Source: Candidatus Thorarchaeota archaeon
GTDB lineage: Archaea > Asgardarchaeota > Thorarchaeia > Thorarchaeales > Thorarchaeaceae
Direction of reading: 5' to 3'
DNA: 13,732 nucleotides
NCBI GenBank assembly: GCA_048882325.1
Contig: JBHLRS010000061.1
Span: 1 to 13,732, forward strand
Position 1 is the first letter of the stretch; each line of letters begins with the position of its first letter. Under the pieces are notes generated by a model. The model was not told where the DNA came from, searched no databases, and saw only the letters and a list, made by a program, of their open reading frames with translations. Shown piece by piece: positions 7,579 to 13,732 of this stretch. The position numbers and the translations under genes were made by a program.

Positions 7579-8376
7579 GTGGAGCTTGACGATCCAACTG
7601 AGAGGGACCTTGGAGTTTGTTGCGGCGACTTCTACAACCATCCGATTGTTTCAGCCTTACTCGATGGCATATTCCACCCCGGAGGTCTCGCTTTAAGCAA
7701 ACTAATGGCAGACCGGATGGGTGTTGATTGTGAGTCAGACCTCCTAGACATCGCTTGTGGTGATGGGAAGACAGCCACCTATCTGGCTCGGAGTCTAGGC
7801 TGTAGGGTTTCTGGGATAGACGCCAGCCAAGAGATGATTGACTCAGCCAACCAGCTTGCTGAGGATTTGCGAGTGAACGATCGCACCGAGTTCATGGTTG
7901 CTCTTGCCGGGAACATTCCATATGATGACAATACTTTCTCCTCCGCCATCAGTGAGTGTTCCCTATGCACATTCTATGACAAACGACAGGCCGTCAAAGA
8001 GATAACAAGGGTACTGGAACCCAATGGAGTCTTTGGACTGAATGATGTGACTGTCAATAATCGTGCGAGTCTTGATGAGGAGCTACAAAGCTTACTTGGA
8101 CGAGTTGCCTGTGTGGCTGATGCACTCTCTTCTGAAGAATATGTGAAGTTGTTCGAGGGTGCTGGTTACGAGTTGCTCTCCTCCTCAGACCACTCTAATC
8201 TTTTGCAAGAACTGGCAAGAAGGGCAAAGGGTAGGGCTCGTTTCTTCAGGGAGGTCGGAGGGGATGAAGACACAATGAACAAGATGAATGATGCGATTCG
8301 GATTATCAGTCAGATAGAGAAGCAGATAGAGTCAGGAAACATAGGTTATGAGATGTTTATCTTCCAAGCAAAGTGA
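7579..8376 (+). CDS. Class I SAM-dependent methyltransferase, ArsM-like / radical-SAM-associated HPGG type
   Basis: 265 aa with N-terminal CC, FHPGGLAL, LLDIACGDG (motif I), VSGIDAS, ISECSLC, RVLEPNG and ACVADALSSEEY..LFEGAGY. Confidence 0.85.
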   Translation: MELDDPTERDLGVCCGDFYNHPIVSALLDGIFHPGGLALSKLMADRMGVDCESDLLDIACGDGKTATYLARSLGCRVSGIDASQEMIDSANQLAEDLRVNDRTEFMVALAGNIPYDDNTFSSAISECSLCTFYDKRQAVKEITRVLEPNGVFGLNDVTVNNRASLDEELQSLLGRVACVADALSSEEYVKLFEGAGYELLSSSDHSNLLQELARRAKGRARFFREVGGDEDTMNKMNDAIRIISQIEKQIESGNIGYEMFIFQAK

Positions 8377-8382
8377 CACAAG

Positions 8383-9042
8383 CTATTTCTTCACTCTATA
8401 GATGTCCTCATAGAACATTCCCGAGTACATGAGCCTTCGAGAAACTGGACTGAACATCTTTGAGGCAATCTCACTCACGGGGACCGAGTACGTCTGATTA
8501 CTACCTCCAAGTCTGGTTGAAAGAAAGATTGCGAGTGGATTGTAGATTCTCAAGAGACCTTTGAATTTCTGGCAGTCAAGGAGCATTACAAACCCATCTT
8601 CACAAACCAGTTTCTTCATTTCAATTAGCACACGAGGTGACTGAGGAATAATGGAGAGTGAATAGGTGGACAGGACAAGGTCAAAACATCCATCCAATAA
8701 TGCTGACATATGCCTTGCATCCATTAGTTTGAGATATATGTTCTCAAAACCATGTTTTCGGATTCTCCTCACGGCCTGCTTTAGCATGGCTGCTGTAAAG
8801 TCGATTCCAACGATAGATTTGTAGTCCGGGTACTTCTCCACAAGTAAAGGAAGGTTTGCGCCTGTTCCTGTGCTGACATCAAGAATCCTTGGTGCCTTTA
8901 GATTCGGGAGTCGCTGAATGGCTTCTTTTCTCCATTTCTTTAAGTTGACACCAACACCCCTATAGAACTTGAGCAACATCTGATAGTGTAGGGCTGATGA
9001 GCTATAGATATGTCGTACGCGTTCTCCTGCCGCATCGTTCAT
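8383..9042 (-). CDS. Class I SAM-dependent methyltransferase, PmtA/UbiE-like
   Basis: ILDVSTGTGANLP, IVGIDFTAAML, MDAR and FDLVLSTYSLSIIP. ATG at 9042 (MNDAAG, 219 aa) avoids overlap with the upstream gene. Confidence 0.85.
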   Translation of the reverse strand: MNDAAGERVRHIYSSSALHYQMLLKFYRGVGVNLKKWRKEAIQRLPNLKAPRILDVSTGTGANLPLLVEKYPDYKSIVGIDFTAAMLKQAVRRIRKHGFENIYLKLMDARHMSALLDGCFDLVLSTYSLSIIPQSPRVLIEMKKLVCEDGFVMLLDCQKFKGLLRIYNPLAIFLSTRLGGSNQTYSVPVSEIASKMFSPVSRRLMYSGMFYEDIYRVKK

Positions 9043-9055
9043 GGTACACAATCTC

Positions 9056-9766
9056 TCAGATAGCTGATCTGAAACACTGAATGAGACCATACATATGGAG
9101 TAATCTCATTGCCCGCTCGATGCGAGCTTCTTCCTTGACACTCAACTCAGGACTCTCAAGTATCTCCGATGGACGACGTTTCTCCAATAGTAAATTACAT
9201 AGTGCTTTTAGATCCTCCATTGGAAGGTCTAGTGTTGTGATTAGAGGTGATGGCATCAGATAGTTCCTGAACAATGCCAATCCATTCCATCTCTCATTAT
9301 CATGTTCCTGTAACTGGAACGTATGGTCCTCATCCCAGAAGAAGACATCGTCTTGTTCTGCGAAAATAGTCCGAGCATGTCGAGCAATCATTGAGTCGAT
9401 CTTAGTTGTCTTCTCTGTTGTGTGAATCTCAAAATCCTCCATGAATCCCCCTGCTTCAATCTCTCTCCCGATATGTTCTAGTTCTGGCTTTACTTTTTCC
9501 AAGAACCCACCTACATCCTGATCTGTTAGAAGTACAATCAATGCGTTCTCTGTCCTAGAATACATCATCTCATATGCCCTAAACCTGATAGTGTCCAGAG
9601 CTACGTCCCCCTCAAGACCTAGACTTACGCCAACATTCTCGATGGCAGACAAGAGGCCTCCGAAGAGTGCATCGTCAATCTGGATATGTCCACTCCCCAC
9701 ATGTGTTACAGGAAGCCCACTCTTGTGAATGACAAATAACTCCCGAACAACACGTTTCTCAGCCAT
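9056..9766 (-). CDS. Hypothetical protein with an N-terminal longin/roadblock-like domain and a possible C-terminal winged helix
   Basis: 236 aa. ELFVIHKSGLPV...DDALFGGLLSAIE...LDTIRF..YEMMY...LIVLLTD matches the pattern of Asgard longin-like domains. The C-terminus RPSEIL...IERAMRLLHMYGLI resembles a wHTH. Confidence 0.65.
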   Translation of the reverse strand: MAEKRVVRELFVIHKSGLPVTHVGSGHIQIDDALFGGLLSAIENVGVSLGLEGDVALDTIRFRAYEMMYSRTENALIVLLTDQDVGGFLEKVKPELEHIGREIEAGGFMEDFEIHTTEKTTKIDSMIARHARTIFAEQDDVFFWDEDHTFQLQEHDNERWNGLALFRNYLMPSPLITTLDLPMEDLKALCNLLLEKRRPSEILESPELSVKEEARIERAMRLLHMYGLIQCFRSAI

Positions 9767-10774
9767 CTAAGCAGCCCCCTTTTCTGCTATAATCCAGTTG
9801 TCACCGATGGTCTGGATAGTCAAGGAGTGGTTGTGAAATGCCGTCTCAATCTTATCCCTGTTTAGTGGCTGTGGATATCCATCTATAGTCTGCATCAAGA
9901 CATAGGCTGGTGTACTAACGGTTTCTCCGGGTGATAATGTTGGATCATTAGTCACAAGCCTTGCTGCTGGGTTTAAGTAAGATGAAACTGTCCCGACCCT
10001 CTCATCACATGTATCATGAGAGAACGCAAAGATCTCTTCACCATAGAATAAATCCAACTTTGTATCCAAGCTCCTACCCAGAAGGTCTGGCACCAGTTTG
10101 TAGAAGATATCATCCAGAGATAACAGCTGTAGCATAGTCTTTAGAGGTGTAAACCATCGCAGGTCTTGAAGGAATAGGTGTATCCTTTCTGGATTGAAGA
10201 TGTCGTCTATTTGTTTGAGTGTAAATGGTAAGCCGACATCCGCAAAAGCTGACAGTCCAATTTCCTTCGTCTTCTTGGGTGAGAATGAACGAAGTAGTAC
10301 GCCCCTTCCCTTCTCTGTGAGTGTACTACTGAAGACTGTTTCAAGAACGACTCTTGGGACCTCCTCCAATGATACCTTCTTTCCTTTGAGTGCTGCAGGT
10401 AGATATTTTGAACAGTCATAATAAAAATTGGTCATTGCTGACCCAACGTCTTCAGGACGGATGGCTGTTGTCTTCACCTCACGAATCTGATATTTCCCAT
10501 CAGCATGTCCTACGATGTCTTCTTTCACGAGAATGGTGAGTATGTCGCCAAGAAGTTTCATGTTCGTGTATCCATGTTCTTGTGCAAGTTCATCCATTGT
10601 TCTCAGATTCGAGAGGGTGATGATCCACCCCTCTGCTAGAATGGTGTTCACAATGAGTCGGAGTGCGGTTTCTTCAGACTCTTTGTATTCCGCATAAGCT
10701 TTCCTCAGCTCACCATCGGTAAGGTATTTTCCGATTCTCTTGAGTCCGAAAATGGTGCCACTGAATCGTTCCAT
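9767..10774 (-). CDS. Hypothetical protein: N-terminal winged helix plus degenerate class I methyltransferase fold
   Basis: About 335 aa (ATG 10774, or TTG 10777). RTMDELAQEHG...LLGDILTILVKEDIV...DGKYQ resembles a wHTH/dimerisation domain. LDLFYGEEIFAF, YLNPAARLVTND and WIIAEK echo methyltransferase strands, but there is no GxGxG motif I. Confidence 0.6.
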   Translation of the reverse strand: MERFSGTIFGLKRIGKYLTDGELRKAYAEYKESEETALRLIVNTILAEGWIITLSNLRTMDELAQEHGYTNMKLLGDILTILVKEDIVGHADGKYQIREVKTTAIRPEDVGSAMTNFYYDCSKYLPAALKGKKVSLEEVPRVVLETVFSSTLTEKGRGVLLRSFSPKKTKEIGLSAFADVGLPFTLKQIDDIFNPERIHLFLQDLRWFTPLKTMLQLLSLDDIFYKLVPDLLGRSLDTKLDLFYGEEIFAFSHDTCDERVGTVSSYLNPAARLVTNDPTLSPGETVSTPAYVLMQTIDGYPQPLNRDKIETAFHNHSLTIQTIGDNWIIAEKGAA

Positions 10775-10779
10775 CAACT

Positions 10780-11514
10780 CTACTCCTGTTCGCTAACGTT
10801 GAGTCCCCAATCGTAATCAATGTATTTCAGTTTGACTTTCCCATCCCTGCTGTCAATGAAATCTCTGACTTGGTCGGAGGCATAGTCACGAATATAGCCA
10901 ATGATGGTCTTTCCAGTGGCTTCAAAGTCCTTTTTGTACCACTTGAAGATCATACTGACATAGAGCGTGCCATCTTTGATTCGTGTTCCTTCTTTACTAG
11001 CAAGGTATAGCTTGGTAGCTGCGTCTAATTCTGCATCAATGTTCTCAGCGCTATAGAGACCATCCTTCAACAAAGGACATCCCAAGGATGAACAGTTCAG
11101 AGCAAAGTGTATTCTAGAATCTTCGAAGTCCTTTCTGATGTTTTCCTCGATTGTCCTCAGGGTGTAATCTCTCCCTCCCACGACGAACTTCTGGAGTGCG
11201 AAAAACCGCACACGCCCGAACCAGCTCTTGTTTCCCTTGTCAGCAAAGTCGGGATCTTTCTCCAACTTCTTCACAACTCCATAGATTGAGAGTGCATTGT
11301 AGCTGTTTATCCAGAAGGCTAGTTCTTCCTCACGTGTCGTCAATGAAGAGAGATCAAAATCAGCGAGGGACTCAGCAAAACTGATCATACCTTTATCTGC
11401 CATCAGTGCAAAGTAGTTGATCTTGCCATCTGAAGTCCGATACCTATCAATTATACTCCTGAGATTCTGATTAAGACTCGTGACATCTTCTTGCGTGCTA
11501 TTCATATTTCTCAC
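10780..11514 (-). CDS. DUF547 domain protein
   Basis: LAFWINSYNAL, RIHFALNCSSLGCPLL, YVSMIFKWYKKDF and YDWGLN are DUF547 signatures. Start is GTG 11514 or ATG 11505. Confidence 0.92.
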   Translation of the reverse strand: MRNMNSTQEDVTSLNQNLRSIIDRYRTSDGKINYFALMADKGMISFAESLADFDLSSLTTREEELAFWINSYNALSIYGVVKKLEKDPDFADKGNKSWFGRVRFFALQKFVVGGRDYTLRTIEENIRKDFEDSRIHFALNCSSLGCPLLKDGLYSAENIDAELDAATKLYLASKEGTRIKDGTLYVSMIFKWYKKDFEATGKTIIGYIRDYASDQVRDFIDSRDGKVKLKYIDYDWGLNVSEQE

Positions 11515-11564
11515 TTCTATCGTTTAGCAAAATACCAGTTTTCCTCTTCTTCATATAACTTGAA

Positions 11565-11585
11565 GGTGGCACGCGGCATGCCACC
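11565..11585 (-). terminator. GC-rich hairpin just downstream of the 127-aa membrane protein gene (possible terminator or processing site)
   Basis: Perfect inverted repeat GGTGGCA (11565-11571) / TGCCACC (11579-11585), 7 nt after the TAG stop. The downstream U-tract is weak. Confidence 0.4.
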
Positions 11586-11592
11586 GCTTACA

Positions 11593-11976
11593 CTACGGTC
11601 CCAGCTTGGACCAGTCCATGATGATGATTAGGAACGTCAATGCGCCTAGCACGACCTTCAATGTATTGAGAAAGTCAGCGAGGTCTTGACCTCCCATTGC
11701 AGTCATTGCTCCTGAGAAGAATGGCAACATTCCCATGAAGAGAAGAATCAAACCTACTGTGAGTAGCCATAGCTTGCCATTGAGCATCTCCAAGTCAGTT
11801 TCTCTGAAAGCCACAATGAGTGTAATCAGAGCCACGATAATCTTGATGACACTCAGAGTCGTTCCACCATCGAACATAATTATTGCGGCAGCTGAGGGTA
11901 CAAGCGACAGTGCACCCACAATGATCAGGCTTATGCCGTTAATCCACATCCACGCTTTAGTACCAAGTATATTCAT
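11593..11976 (-). CDS. Small four-TM membrane protein with internal duplication
   Basis: 127 aa with four hydrophobic segments and a GAGGT SD upstream of the ATG. Confidence 0.75.
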   Translation of the reverse strand: MNILGTKAWMWINGISLIIVGALSLVPSAAAIIMFDGGTTLSVIKIIVALITLIVAFRETDLEMLNGKLWLLTVGLILLFMGMLPFFSGAMTAMGGQDLADFLNTLKVVLGALTFLIIIMDWSKLGP

Positions 11977-12165
11977 GTGAATAACCTCTATTACTTTACA
12001 ATTGTTAAGTTTCTCTTAAGTGTTTGGTTGACATATTCACTCCAACTCAGGAACAATACATGACACTAGTCCCGCATAGCATCCCTTTTCTTTGTTGCAA
12101 ATGATTTATTTCGGACCTCAAGCATACATCTGGACACTACATGCGTGTTGTCAGAGGGAGTGACT

Positions 12166-13732
12166 ATGGCTAACTGGCCAACTGAGAAACTAGACAAGAT
12201 AATAGAGAAACCATACTGCACAACCACCGAGCAGATCACGATATGGCTCGCACCAGATGTTATGGATGTGACACATGAACCGGAAGTTCAGGAACAAATA
12301 CGACGATATGCACCGGACATCCGTCAGTTGGGTGTCGGGCTCTATAGAGAACGATATGGCAGGAGGAACATCTGGGGCGGACTTCTGGTCCGATGTCTTG
12401 AAACAAAGACAGCAGAGAGTCAGACAGATGCACGTCTACGAAGGTGCTTGCAGTATATCTTCATCTGGACCAAACAACAGAGCGCAGTAAGTGCATTCTG
12501 GATGGTTATCGTGCCATTTCTGATGGGTCTGTGGGGCCTCATCATGAGAGAGCTATATGCTCCACTCATTGTCAATCTACAGGCAAGTATCCGGGCTAGC
12601 TTTTGGGGGACTCTCCTGACATGGTCCGATCTATTGCTCCCAATACTGGCGACTGGGCTGGTGACTCTCCCACTTCTCGCATCCGGGATTTGGGACCATC
12701 GATGGGACCTACAGGTTGGTAGTGGTCTTACAATCCGAAGTACAACCTTACTGATTCCATTCTCTTTCCTGATGTGGTTTGCTGCATTCAGTTGGATAAT
12801 CCCAACAATTATCCTTGTCTTCACAATCTTCGTTTCTTTCCTATACTGGGTTTTAGACCAGCTTGGATTGGCTGGCACATCTCACTACATGGACTATCTT
12901 CCTGTCTTTATCTGGTTGAAGCAAAATGACACAGGTGACTGGGAGGTTGACAGAGGCTATTGGGACCGGCATCATTACAGTATCGAGTACAAGGAAGCAG
13001 ATGAGCTGAGGAAGCCAAGATATTGGTTCCTATCCCCGAACCTGAGCACTCGAATAGACCAGGATGGTGACGTTGAGGAACGCGTTCGTCTACAAATGGA
13101 TAACCCATGGCACTCGGTACGGCCTGGAGGGTCGGTCCAGAGATTCTTCCTGTTCCTGAGTGTAATCGGCTTGATTGTCCTAATACCAGTTGCACTTCTA
13201 ATATTCACCTCTGGACAATACACAGAGATCAACAATGGTGGCTTTATCTTCGTCCTCTCGTGTAGTCTTGTTGTTCTAGGATTTAGAACCATCATGCGGA
13301 CGTCGTCCCAGCTAATGCCAAGTCAAGAACTCAAGAACCTCCAACTTCCAACATCACCCGCTGAGTTAAACCTCTTTTCGGATGAAACAAAGAACCATCT
13401 GAACGAGGCCCGTCTACGGATACTATGGAACTTGGTGAAGACGGAAGACACTGGACACTGGATTCTCAAGAGGATCAGGTCAATCGTTCGAGGTGGCAAG
13501 GAATTTCAACCTGACATTAGGCCCAGGTTCGTTGTTATCACGAAGATTCAGGACCCCTTCAACTTCTATGGGCTCTCTCGATACTACAAGTCTTTCCGGG
13601 ATGACTCTGACTATCTCTATCTATATATCAGTACGCGTTGTCCCATGACAGAGGCTGATCGAGATCGGAGTCTAGAAACCAAGATTGAGCTTCAGAGAGA
13701 GGGGATTAGAATAGATCCCACTGCGCAGGTTC
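12166..13732 (+). CDS. Large polytopic membrane protein, 3'-partial, with NPP1/Vps62-like motifs
   Basis: Not in the ORF track. GAGGGAGTGA-CT-ATG at 12166 opens frame +1 with no stop for 522 codons to the window end (MANWPTEKLDKIIEKPYC...GIRIDPTAQV). About six hydrophobic segments. Confidence 0.8.
   Translation, partial: MANWPTEKLDKIIEKPYCTTTEQITIWLAPDVMDVTHEPEVQEQIRRYAPDIRQLGVGLYRERYGRRNIWGGLLVRCLETKTAESQTDARLRRCLQYIFIWTKQQSAVSAFWMVIVPFLMGLWGLIMRELYAPLIVNLQASIRASFWGTLLTWSDLLLPILATGLVTLPLLASGIWDHRWDLQVGSGLTIRSTTLLIPFSFLMWFAAFSWIIPTIILVFTIFVSFLYWVLDQLGLAGTSHYMDYLPVFIWLKQNDTGDWEVDRGYWDRHHYSIEYKEADELRKPRYWFLSPNLSTRIDQDGDVEERVRLQMDNPWHSVRPGGSVQRFFLFLSVIGLIVLIPVALLIFTSGQYTEINNGGFIFVLSCSLVVLGFRTIMRTSSQLMPSQELKNLQLPTSPAELNLFSDETKNHLNEARLRILWNLVKTEDTGHWILKRIRSIVRGGKEFQPDIRPRFVVITKIQDPFNFYGLSRYYKSFRDDSDYLYLYISTRCPMTEADRDRSLETKIELQREGIRIDPTAQV

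Noticed and set aside
7573-7581. Radical SAM and methyltransferase in the same frame separated only by TAA-TCG: split fusion or selenoprotein recoding
   Set aside because: The stop is TAA, not TGA. The radical SAM ends at the family's normal C-terminus after IPFCxYN, and the second gene has its own SD.
7579-8376. Assigning the symbol arsM
   Set aside because: The GLGCGNP motif is missing and there is no arsR, acr3 or arsC context in the window.
9764-9769. In-frame TAG-ATG junction between the 335-aa and 236-aa genes, suggesting pyrrolysine or amber read-through to a fusion protein
   Set aside because: An SD-like AGGGGG lies just upstream of the ATG, and TAG ends several clearly complete genes here (GGR, the 8383 methyltransferase, DUF547, the 127-aa protein). 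Translational coupling is the simpler explanation. Fused orthologues would reopen the question.
18-11980. Other short track ORFs nested in or antisense to recognised genes (e.g. 18-218, 411-617, 1401-1625, 1529-1771, 3455-3760, 4081-4383, 4558-4848, 5812-6114, 6834-7091, 10194-10421, 11735-11980)
   Set aside because: They overlap well-supported CDSs and show no family motifs or initiation signals.
12129-12155. Weak hairpin TCTGGACAC...GTGTTGTCAGA just before the SD of the 12166 ORF
   Set aside because: Short, bulged and dependent on G-U pairing, so within chance expectation.
12275-13295. Track ORFs 12275-12490(+), 12420-12878(-), 12908-13195(-) and 12975-13295(-)
   Set aside because: All are shadow ORFs within the uninterrupted 522-codon frame starting at 12166, which has a good SD.
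1-13732. CRISPR array, tRNA/rRNA, transposase, integrase or defence system
   Set aside because: No regularly spaced repeats, cloverleaf or rRNA-like segments, and no recombinase, nuclease or NTPase motifs were seen. Intergenic gaps are all about 310 nt or shorter.

Overview
Gene-dense chromosomal window that is probably archaeal and most consistent with an Asgard archaeon such as Thorarchaeia. That assignment is an inference from a longin/roadblock-like protein, a geranylgeranyl reductase, a Tes/GDGT-MAS-family radical SAM enzyme, a stand-alone Lrp RAM domain and GGAGG/GAGGT Shine-Dalgarno sites. I support 15 CDSs. Two are missing from the ORF track because they cross the window edges: a DUF5655-like C-terminus at 1-243 and a >=522-aa membrane protein at 12166->13732. 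I saw no rRNA, tRNA, CRISPR array or mobile element. The most interesting items are: (1) a translationally coupled pair of a Tes-like radical SAM enzyme with apparently substituted active-site residues and an ArsM-like Cys-rich methyltransferase; (2) a convergent four-gene operon encoding DUF547, a wHTH pseudo-methyltransferase, a longin-like protein and a PmtA/UbiE-like methyltransferase; (3) the uncalled membrane protein, which looks like an NPP1/Vps62-like domain split by transmembrane helices; (4) structured intergenic leaders upstream of yjbQ and the Lrp-domain gene. All family assignments come from motif recognition by eye, not from database searches.
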